From an uncultured virus (IMG/VR IMGVR_UViG_3300025769_000082) (lineage: Duplodnaviria; Heunggongvirae; Uroviricota; Caudoviricetes): 64,000 bases of DNA. Shown piece after piece: positions 10,259-18,100 of the stretch. A program made the translations under genes and the position numbers. The stretch lies in the IMG/VR virus record IMGVR_UViG_3300025769_000082. One strand, given 5' to 3'. The notes beneath the pieces are model-generated. The model did no database searches. It saw only the letters and a program-made list of their open reading frames with translations, and had not been told where the DNA came from. How positions within the stretch are numbered: the first letter of the stretch is position 1; every line of letters starts with the position of its first letter.

Positions 10259-11847
10259 CCATTCACGTTGGCTTGCATGGCCCGGTCACGCCGTTCCTTG
10301 TTGGATTGGGCTTTCACCCATGCCAGAGACCCCGGGCGGGCACCCGTGTCTCGACGTTTCCCGGAGACATACCGAGACGGGGCCATTTTGTTGAGCCCGA
10401 GCCCGATATACGCCAACGCATCAACAAAATCGTCGTGTGCGCCATGCGGGAATTTCAAAAGTTGGTCCCGAGCCGCCGGATACCAAGCGGCGAACTTGGG
10501 AAAGCGAACTTTCCCCAGCGCCATACGGGCTTGGATGCTCTGGGCTCGGGTTTGTTTGTCTGCGATTGGGGTGATTTCGTCGATAGCACAGAATGTGCGT
10601 TCTTCTATCATGCGCTTGCGGAGAAACGGCCCGATAGATTTCGAGACATGACCCTTTTCCGCCCACCACCAAAGAGGTTGATACGCCTCAATCGTGTTCA
10701 ACATGGCTTCGACCACGACATCGGTCGGCTGTTGCCGCCACCAGACATCGGGCATCACCCAAATGGTCTCGTCGCTGTCTACACCGACCGGGATCAAGAC
10801 CGTCTTGTCTCGGCCTTGTTTCGTTGAGACAGCGTGATCGCTCGCCACATAAAACTTCAACGCCTCTTTCGGCGGCAAGTCTTGGCGGCCATACGTCATA
10901 ATGTGTTCGTCTTTGAAGAAGTTGCCGTCCTCGGGGCTCGGGTGTCCCTGATAGAGAGCCGAGAAACCCCGAGGATCAGCGCGTTGGAGGTCTTTCAAGT
11001 GTTTCGACGAAAAGCGTTCCGGCCATAAGGCAGTGCCCACGGGGCGTTTCAGTGGGTCGTCTTCTTCCGCCAGCGCGGGCAAGTTAATCACTTCCCATTT
11101 CGCGGCCTCGGCGGGCTCGTAGTGGGAGTTCAACGGGTCGGTGAGACGCCCAACGAGGTCGTCTTCGTGCCAGCGGGTCTGGATAATCAGGATTTTACCG
11201 CTATCGGTCATCAGACGAGACTTTAGGTCGTCGTTGTACCAAGACCAGAGTTTATCCCGGATCGTGGGGCTATCGGCTTCTTCCCGGCCCTTGATCGGAT
11301 CGTCGATGATAAGCAAATCACCGCCGCGACCCGTAATCGTACCGCCGCGACCCGCAAAGGCGAGAGCGCCCCCACCTTCAATGGTCATAAAATCGCTGGC
11401 CTGAGACCCGGTCTCAAGACACACTTCGGGGAAGACTTGCGCGTAAAGCGGCGAGCGCATGAGGTTCCGCACAGCCCGGCCCAAGTCCACACTAAACTTT
11501 TCGTTATACGTCGCAACGATAACAGAGTGTTTGGGGTTCTTGCCCATGTACCACGCGGGCGCTGTTTTGGTGGTGATTTGTGTCTTGCCGTGTCTCGGCG
11601 GGGCCGCGAGTATCACCCGTGTCTTGTCTCCGCGCTCCACAGCCATCAAAACGTCGGCTATCAACTTGTGATGCGCTGCGGGCACATAAAGACTTTCCCG
11701 GGGGTCTTCCATGTTGTCGGGATGCGGCATGGTGAGACGCGCAAATTCCAAGAGATCGTCACGCGCTGTTAGGACAGCGCGTTTGCGCCGGAGGAGTAGT
11801 TCCCGGCGTTTGTCTCGTTCAATTTGGGCGTCTATGTCGTGCGTCAT
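10252..11847 (-). CDS. terL: Terminase large subunit (outer phage)
   Basis: PPRHGKT Walker A, LIIDDPIK Walker B, QTRWHEDD, C-terminal HDDFVDA nuclease motif. Confidence 0.95.
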   Translation of the reverse strand: MTHDIDAQIERDKRRELLLRRKRAVLTARDDLLEFARLTMPHPDNMEDPRESLYVPAAHHKLIADVLMAVERGDKTRVILAAPPRHGKTQITTKTAPAWYMGKNPKHSVIVATYNEKFSVDLGRAVRNLMRSPLYAQVFPEVCLETGSQASDFMTIEGGGALAFAGRGGTITGRGGDLLIIDDPIKGREEADSPTIRDKLWSWYNDDLKSRLMTDSGKILIIQTRWHEDDLVGRLTDPLNSHYEPAEAAKWEVINLPALAEEDDPLKRPVGTALWPERFSSKHLKDLQRADPRGFSALYQGHPSPEDGNFFKDEHIMTYGRQDLPPKEALKFYVASDHAVSTKQGRDKTVLIPVGVDSDETIWVMPDVWWRQQPTDVVVEAMLNTIEAYQPLWWWAEKGHVSKSIGPFLRKRMIEERTFCAIDEITPIADKQTRAQSIQARMALGKVRFPKFAAWYPAARDQLLKFPHGAHDDFVDALAYIGLGLNKMAPSRYVSGKRRDTGARPGSLAWVKAQSNKERRDRAMQANVNGW

Positions 11848-11857
11848 GTCTTGTGTC

Positions 11858-12298
11858 TTACACCATTAGAGACAAAAAAGCTATCGAAAGCCCAACACAC
11901 GCCCCTTCAAAGGGCTCGACAAAACGATTTGTTACTCGGGCGCGGAGCCAAGGTTGGGTTACGTTGCCGATCACCGGGGCCAGAAGCGCACCAACGAGCC
12001 ACAAATTGTTTTGTGTATCAATCTGGCCGAAATATGAGAGACAAAGTACCGAACCGGCGGCCAGTGGGGCGAACCACGCCCGGCGAAGCATAACTTTGTA
12101 CTCGTCCCAACCATCATAGCCTTGGGCGAGACCGATCCCGTAGAAGATACCGGGTAAGATCCCCCACGGGCCCAGAGCGAGGTACGAGAGGCCGAGACAC
12201 AGAGCGTATCCGAGGAGGTTGGAGCCAAACGGAAGGCGATGCCATCCACCATCGGAGAGCCGCCAGATCGCAAGTACCGGGATTGCAACAGAGAGCAT
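11858..12298 (-). CDS. Multi-pass membrane protein (homolog of 57697-58173)
   Basis: Hydrophobic; shares WRxSDGGW, GYxLC, QPWLR and NRxVE motifs with 57697-58173. Confidence 0.7.
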   Translation of the reverse strand: MLSVAIPVLAIWRLSDGGWHRLPFGSNLLGYALCLGLSYLALGPWGILPGIFYGIGLAQGYDGWDEYKVMLRRAWFAPLAAGSVLCLSYFGQIDTQNNLWLVGALLAPVIGNVTQPWLRARVTNRFVEPFEGACVGLSIAFLSLMV

Positions 12299-12750
12299 CA
12301 GAAAATCCCCTCCATGAACATTTGTTTCTCCGCAGCGCGGCGATGGACAAGCCCTTTAAGGATTTTACCCCCTGCCCGCCGCCACTTGGGGAACTCGTTC
12401 GCTGCACCGAGGTAGTTTCCCCGGTTCAGCTTCATTCTGAGAGTGGATCGCTGTAGGTTCCCGGACCCGACGTTGAACGTGAACGACGAGATTGCGTCGA
12501 AAGACGGCTGTTCGAGCCCGACTTTGATAAGCCGGTCGATTGCTGTCTCGACGTGTCTCAGTTCCCGGGCGACAAGGTCTCGGGCTTCTTCTTCGGAGAC
12601 AGGAGGGTGATCCATAGTAACAGGATCACCATTGATGTCCCAAGTAGACCCATAACCAATAGTGGCGCGGCCAGCAGGGCAAAGGTAGGGCTCGGCGCTG
12701 AAACCCTCGAAAGTGCATATAAGCGCAATCCCGGCCTCACTTGTCCTCAT
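12298..12750 (-). CDS. Endolysin, GH24 phage lysozyme
   Basis: FEG...PYLCPAG..TIGYG, SFTFNVGSGN, GLVHRRAAE. Confidence 0.93.
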   Translation of the reverse strand: MRTSEAGIALICTFEGFSAEPYLCPAGRATIGYGSTWDINGDPVTMDHPPVSEEEARDLVARELRHVETAIDRLIKVGLEQPSFDAISSFTFNVGSGNLQRSTLRMKLNRGNYLGAANEFPKWRRAGGKILKGLVHRRAAEKQMFMEGIF

Positions 12751-13196
12751 GTATGCCGTTCCCGAGCAAAAGTGCGGGAGCCGAACCAGAAGGAGACAAC
12801 AGTTGCAAACAGGGCTTGTGTCGGGTTGTCCCAGATCGTTTTGTAGAAATCCTTGGTGATATAGCCAAACGCCAGCAAGTACGTCAGCGTAAAAAACTCA
12901 ATGAAGAACAGGTACGTCAAGACAGGCCGCACAGACGCAGCGAAATCTACCACCCACGTCGATGCTCTCCGCTGTAGGCTGGCGTCGTGCTTGAGAAGGG
13001 CTTCGCCTTCGCGAATATCAGCATCGACGTGCATCATCTGGAGTTTTTGCTGGCCGATGGCTTTCTGTTGTTCAAGCTGTTTGTCCATCATACGGAGTTC
13101 ATGCGCTTGATCGCGCTTTTCCTCAAAGAACCCAAGAATTTTGGGGAGGAAACTCGTGCCAAAGCCGAGCAGTGATCCGAGTAAACTAAGCATCAA
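12747..13196 (-). CDS. Putative holin-like membrane protein
   Basis: ASVRPVLTY and SFWFGSR motifs with TM segments, adjacent to endolysin. Confidence 0.55.
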   Translation of the reverse strand: MMLSLLGSLLGFGTSFLPKILGFFEEKRDQAHELRMMDKQLEQQKAIGQQKLQMMHVDADIREGEALLKHDASLQRRASTWVVDFAASVRPVLTYLFFIEFFTLTYLLAFGYITKDFYKTIWDNPTQALFATVVSFWFGSRTFARERHT

Positions 13197-13202
13197 TCTC
13201 TC

Positions 13203-13514
13203 CTAATCAAAACAGGCCATGACTTCATGGATGTCCGCGCCCTTGAGCGTCATCTTCTGCATACACCAACGGCGGTTGTTGATGTCCTGTGTCAACTCAG
13301 CCTTGCCCGCAGTCTCGGCCTGGGTACGTTCCCACTTCGCAATCGCCTCTGGGTTGATCTTGCTGGTGACGAATTGAAGCTGGAAATACATTTGCGCCAT
13401 CGCCAGCACCAAACCGCCAATAGTCAGGATCAGCGGCAGCTTGGATAGCAACGCTCCAAAATCGACGCCCCTGCGGTCTGCCGGTGATCCGGCGCGTTCG
13501 CGCTGCTCTGCCAT
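13203..13514 (-). CDS. Hypothetical single-TM protein
   Basis: One TM segment; in lysis cassette. Confidence 0.55.
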   Translation of the reverse strand: MAEQRERAGSPADRRGVDFGALLSKLPLILTIGGLVLAMAQMYFQLQFVTSKINPEAIAKWERTQAETAGKAELTQDINNRRWCMQKMTLKGADIHEVMACFD

Positions 13515-13702
13515 CAGTAGCGAGCCTCAACCGTCCGAACCGTGCAAGTCGTCTCCATCAGGATCGGCCTTGGCAGTTCCGCTTCCTGGCGGCGCAATTC
13601 CTCCGTCGTCATCATTTCCGGCATCACGGAACAACCGCTCATCGACAAAGAAGCAAACACCGCGATGAGAACAAATCCGACACGGTTTACCACACGGCTC
13701 AT
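13514..13702 (-). CDS. Small putative lipoprotein (possible spanin component)
   Basis: Signal peptide ending in SMSGC lipobox-like motif. Confidence 0.45.
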   Translation of the reverse strand: MSRVVNRVGFVLIAVFASLSMSGCSVMPEMMTTEELRRQEAELPRPILMETTCTVRTVEARY

Positions 13703-14091
13703 CAGACATGGCCCTGCCAGATGTAGACGAGCAGCGCGCTGACAACGCCGAGCAGGGAGACGATCAGGAACGCGCCGATCTTGTGGCGCTGGCTTTCCTC
13801 CCAGAGCATGTGCTTGCGGAGATCGTCGGCAACCTCTGACACCGCGCTTTTTATGTCGGCCATGTCATCCTTGATCTCACAAAAAATACCGCTGCCGTGA
13901 ACCAACTCCGTTTCCATGACCGCCACTCGCTTGTCCAATTCCGAAATAGCCCGGCGCTTATCCTCACATGCAGCAGCAATCGCCCGGTCGGCTATGATGG
14001 GCGCGACTTCTTGCACCACCGCATGAGCAGTCTCACGGGCTATCGCCATTGATTGATGCCGGGTGACGTACTCTTGGGAGGTGTCGGCCAT
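13702..14091 (-). CDS. Hypothetical coiled-coil protein with C-terminal TM
   Basis: Coiled coil plus C-terminal hydrophobic helix; translationally coupled. Confidence 0.55.
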   Translation of the reverse strand: MADTSQEYVTRHQSMAIARETAHAVVQEVAPIIADRAIAAACEDKRRAISELDKRVAVMETELVHGSGIFCEIKDDMADIKSAVSEVADDLRKHMLWEESQRHKIGAFLIVSLLGVVSALLVYIWQGHV

Positions 14092-14102
14092 ATGTCGCTA
14101 CC

Positions 14103-14255
14103 TTACACCGGGGCTACGGGCCAAGGGTCGGCAGCGTTCTCGTCCCGCCACTGAGCGACAAAGGCTTCCGGGTCGGCAACGGTCGCCGGGAGGTTCCGCA
14201 ACAGAGCACGGATCACCGTGACCTCCTGCTCGGTCAGAGGCGGCTGGTCGGCCAT
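14103..14255 (-). CDS. Small hypothetical protein (50 aa)
   Basis: Read manually: MADQPPLTEQEVTVIRALLRNLP...; below ORF-track cut-off. Confidence 0.45.
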   Translation of the reverse strand: MADQPPLTEQEVTVIRALLRNLPATVADPEAFVAQWRDENAADPWPVAPV

Positions 14256-14345
14256 AGGTTATTCCACCGGAGTTGGGGTCGGCTTCACCGGAGCGGAGAA
14301 GCCCGGCTTCGCGGGGTTCCAGGGTTTCTGTGGCATGTCGGTCTC

Positions 14346-15911
14346 CTAGCTGGTGCCAGCCCAGGCGGCGTGGCAGTGAACCTCAACGCCGTTGGCGGTG
14401 GTGACTTTGACGACGATCTCCTGGCCGGCGTGGCTGGACAGGTCGATGCCGTTGGCGGTGACAATGTGGACGGTGTTGCCGTTGAAGGTTGTCGTCCCGT
14501 GATCGGTAGTGTCGGCCAGGGCCACGGTCTCGAACGTGGTTCCGCCGTCTGCCGACAGCTTGATGATGACGTCGGTGCCGTAGGTGATCGTACCGGCGAT
14601 CTCCTCGATCAAGACAAGGGCGCTGGCGAGGGTGATGGTTGCGCCAACGTCGTAGGCTTCGGACATATAAACGTCCATGTTTGTGGCGGCGGCAGTAAAC
14701 TCGATGCGCCAAACTGGATCAACATTGCCTGGGCCGTTCTTGTTGATGCCAGCATCCGGGGCGGTTGTGATGATCGTGTGGCTACCCGCTGGCGGGTTAG
14801 ACCATTGACCAAAATAGGGCGCTTCGGAATGGCTTTCACTGGCCGTGCTGTGGTTCTGAAAATACATCGCCGGGTAATAAATGTTGGCGTCGTTTGGAAC
14901 GGTGTAAGCACATGCATGTTCCCCCCACCCACCATTAGCGATGGTGATGTTGCCAGTAGTCGCCATCTCTGTTGGCGCTGAACTCTTACCGTTCCAGCGC
15001 ATGATAGAAAAGCGTCCGGTCGCGCTGTTACCTCCATCGTTGAACGCCCAAAAAGATTTGACGACACGCCCTCCTGGCAGCTTGTAGCCAGCATAGTGTG
15101 AAGCTCCATCCGCGCCTCTGGTAGCGTCTGCTGCTTTTGGAGCGCCAATGGCATATCCGCCAGTATTATTGTCGAGGTAGTCGCCAGTTGTGTCGTAGCG
15201 CGGTGCTGGCTTTTCAAAAAACAACAATCCATAATTGTTCGAGTAGACGACAACGCGGGAGAAGTCCTTGTCGCCGTCGGTTCCTCCAGACGTGGTGTGC
15301 ATCGAGCCGGAAGTATAGGAGTTGCCCGTCGAATAGGAGATCGGCAGCACACCAGAGCCAGAGACACGACTAACTCGCAGCCAGAAGGTCGTGGTGCTGT
15401 CGGGAACCTTCCACGGCGTTGTTGCCATAAACGTGCAAGGCGGATCGCCAGCGGTGTCGCGGAAGTCGATAACGGTCGTCGTCAGCGTGCAGTAGACCGT
15501 GCCGCCGGTCGCGGCGCTGGCGATTTCCATCTGGAACACGTCGCCATGCACTTCGCCGGCCGTACCCGCGCCGTCGTCGTTGGTGGAAATCAAGATCGTG
15601 CTGATGGTCTTGCCCACGTCGCCAGAGCCAAAGATGAGAGACTGCGAGACAACTTCGGTATCGCTGGCGTCAGTGTGACCATTATGGCTGTTGCTGATAA
15701 TCGGATTACGAGTAGTCGTGTGACCGCCCTGATCTTCACTCCAAATTTGTTGGATGCCGGATGCATCATTGAACTCATCCGAGAAGCCATTGGTCAGACC
15801 GTAGTAGTTGGCGCTGGCGTCGAGGGCGCGGAAGACTGAGAGAAGTGCAACATTGTTTTCAAGTGTGCTGGTGAGATCAGCGATTAGGTTCTTTGAAACT
15901 ACAGTTGCCAT
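14346..15911 (-). CDS. Secondary tail/receptor-binding protein
   Basis: 521 aa Thr/Gly/Ser-rich beta protein directly after tail fibre; N-terminus MATVVSKNLI resembles 59227-59859. Confidence 0.55.
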   Translation of the reverse strand: MATVVSKNLIADLTSTLENNVALLSVFRALDASANYYGLTNGFSDEFNDASGIQQIWSEDQGGHTTTRNPIISNSHNGHTDASDTEVVSQSLIFGSGDVGKTISTILISTNDDGAGTAGEVHGDVFQMEIASAATGGTVYCTLTTTVIDFRDTAGDPPCTFMATTPWKVPDSTTTFWLRVSRVSGSGVLPISYSTGNSYTSGSMHTTSGGTDGDKDFSRVVVYSNNYGLLFFEKPAPRYDTTGDYLDNNTGGYAIGAPKAADATRGADGASHYAGYKLPGGRVVKSFWAFNDGGNSATGRFSIMRWNGKSSAPTEMATTGNITIANGGWGEHACAYTVPNDANIYYPAMYFQNHSTASESHSEAPYFGQWSNPPAGSHTIITTAPDAGINKNGPGNVDPVWRIEFTAAATNMDVYMSEAYDVGATITLASALVLIEEIAGTITYGTDVIIKLSADGGTTFETVALADTTDHGTTTFNGNTVHIVTANGIDLSSHAGQEIVVKVTTANGVEVHCHAAWAGTS

Positions 15912-15920
15912 GATCTTTTC

Positions 15921-18065
15921 CTATTTCACGATGCCGTAGAGATTGATGGCCCCTGACGTGAGGTTGCCCGATGTGGAAATCAATCGGAAACCATTGACCG
16001 CCGCAACTGATTTCCAATCGCCGCCCATGGACCATGCAACACTGTTTCCGCCATTGTCAGAAAACGATGAAAGCGCCGTTACCTTGGTATATCGGTCGGT
16101 TGCGGCAGGATTGAAAATTCGGACCAGACTGCAAACGCCCCCTTCACTAGCGTTTGACGTGCCAGCGGCAGCGATGCGAAGTTCATCGTCATTATTTGCG
16201 GCCGTATCATCGTCGCTCCCGGCGCTATCCGCCGCCTTCGCCGCCCAATAATAGGCCGACGTTTCAAACGTCGAGCCCCCATCATCGGAGAACAGCAATT
16301 TCAATGGTTGTGCAGTAGTGTCCAAAAGAATGTTGACCAACTCAAGCTCATACACATCGTAGGTGCCATCAATACCCGTGGTGAAATCCAATGACGAAGA
16401 TGTGCTTGCAGTCTGCGTGTCCAAAAGAACTCGGCTTCCCGCTGGACGAGGCGTATAGAACCCCGTTGCATCGTGCGCTCGATACTCTCGGCTCTCTTTC
16501 GGCCACAGTGGAACCGGATCACGGGCGTCCGTAGTGCCTTCATTAATCGCATCGCCACTGGCGGGCCACACCCAAGCAGCTTCCGCACCGCTGTTCGTAA
16601 TCCAGACACTCCGACCAGCGACAGCACTCGGCAGTACAACACTGTCACCTTGATTAGCGCACGTAGAGATCAGCACGTTATCTGTCGTCAGCGCTTGCCC
16701 ACCTGCTTGTGTTTGTGTGGTGCTGGCTGTGACTGTTCCGACATCCATGATGAAGTTATCGGTAACTGTTAGATCACCTGGAACAGTAATATCGCCACTC
16801 AACTTGGCAGATGTAACGGTACCGTCGGCAGGAGTGCCTACGGACAGCGTAGAACCCGTCGTTGCTTCGACCTCGGCAGTACCAGTCGGTATCGCCGCAT
16901 CAAATGTCACAACTGCGCCAGACAACGACCACGTTGAACGGTGCTGCGTCACACCGTCGAACGATATGGTCGTGTTGTTCTCGGAACCAGGAGAAATAGA
17001 AAGTGTCAACTGCGTGGTCGTACCGCTGGTGTAGTCGGTGGTATCGACAAACGTATCCACCGTCATGTTACCGGCAGAGGCACCGAAGCCAACGCTGGTC
17101 CAGTCATCAGGTGTACCATCCGTATCCGCTATCAGCGTGGAACCAGAACCTGCCGCCGAGATAACCAACGACGCACCGAGGTCGATGGTCTCCGACCCCG
17201 CCGCCGTAACCGTGATAGCGTTGCCGTCGCCGGTCGTCTTCTTTAGGCTGATCCGCCATCCGTTACCTAACGTGGCGATACTTCCGAGGACAATGGAAAC
17301 TGCTCCACCAGAGGTATCAACACTTATCAACTCACCGTCTTGAGCCGCCGTCGGAGTGTAGGGGCTGTCAGCGAACGTGATGTAGGTCACGTCGTTGTAG
17401 ATGATGTTCTCAGCCGAGGCCGCAGCCGAGGCCGCACTTGCTGCAGCGTTGGTCTCACTGGTTGCGGCGTTGGTCTCACTAGTTGCAGCGTTGGTCTCTG
17501 AGGTCTGTGCGTTAGTCTCAGCCGACTCCGCAGCCGTCTGGGCTGCTTCCGCAGCGGCTTGAGCAGCTTCCGCCGCTGCCTGGGCGGTAGCAGTCCCAGC
17601 GACTTCGGTATCTACATAAGCCTTCGTGGCTGCATCCTGAGCCGACGTAGGGTCCGTCACATTCTTGATGGGCTTGGATGCCGCGTTCCAGTGCGCGTCT
17701 GCATAGTCTTCTTGCATAGCTTCGGACGCACGGTCCTCGGCTTCCTGGCTACGGTAGAACGCCTGGGTACTGTCGGTATCTAGATCAGCTTCCGTAAGGT
17801 TACCAGGAGCCGTGTAGTCCACTAGTCGTGTAGCCTTCGAGGAGTTCCGTCGAATTTGAATTACTGCACTACTGGCTGGGATAGAACCCGCATTGAAGCG
17901 GACAGTAGTCCCAGTGACAATCGTGTAGTCGTTCCCCGCTCCTTCAGTCTGGAGGGTACCAGCAACATACACTTCAACGTGGGACTCTTGGAGGTAGGAA
18001 AAGGAAATGGTGTAGTCGGTTGTTACACCGTCCCCGGTGTAGTCGTCAGTCGCAAGTTTTACCAT
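15921..18065 (-). CDS. Tail fibre with T7 gp17-like N-terminal adaptor
   Basis: YTGDGVTTDYTISFSYLQESHVEVYV gp17-type N-terminus, AATSETN repeats; C-terminal ~300 aa nearly identical to 59869-62205. Confidence 0.85.
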   Translation of the reverse strand: MVKLATDDYTGDGVTTDYTISFSYLQESHVEVYVAGTLQTEGAGNDYTIVTGTTVRFNAGSIPASSAVIQIRRNSSKATRLVDYTAPGNLTEADLDTDSTQAFYRSQEAEDRASEAMQEDYADAHWNAASKPIKNVTDPTSAQDAATKAYVDTEVAGTATAQAAAEAAQAAAEAAQTAAESAETNAQTSETNAATSETNAATSETNAAASAASAAASAENIIYNDVTYITFADSPYTPTAAQDGELISVDTSGGAVSIVLGSIATLGNGWRISLKKTTGDGNAITVTAAGSETIDLGASLVISAAGSGSTLIADTDGTPDDWTSVGFGASAGNMTVDTFVDTTDYTSGTTTQLTLSISPGSENNTTISFDGVTQHRSTWSLSGAVVTFDAAIPTGTAEVEATTGSTLSVGTPADGTVTSAKLSGDITVPGDLTVTDNFIMDVGTVTASTTQTQAGGQALTTDNVLISTCANQGDSVVLPSAVAGRSVWITNSGAEAAWVWPASGDAINEGTTDARDPVPLWPKESREYRAHDATGFYTPRPAGSRVLLDTQTASTSSSLDFTTGIDGTYDVYELELVNILLDTTAQPLKLLFSDDGGSTFETSAYYWAAKAADSAGSDDDTAANNDDELRIAAAGTSNASEGGVCSLVRIFNPAATDRYTKVTALSSFSDNGGNSVAWSMGGDWKSVAAVNGFRLISTSGNLTSGAINLYGIVK
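15940..16448. repeat. Direct repeat copy 1 (identical core, ~509 bp)
   Basis: By-eye identity with 59888-60396 (offset 43948); flanks ~15885-15939 and 16449-~16850 similar with mismatches. Confidence 0.92.
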
Positions 18066-18100
18066 GAAGACTCCATTGGGAGCCTTTATGGCCCCTCTTG

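Noticed and set aside
15940..16448. Repeat as integrase attL/attR
   Set aside because: About 500 bp of coding sequence, far from int; att cores are normally short and adjacent to the integrase
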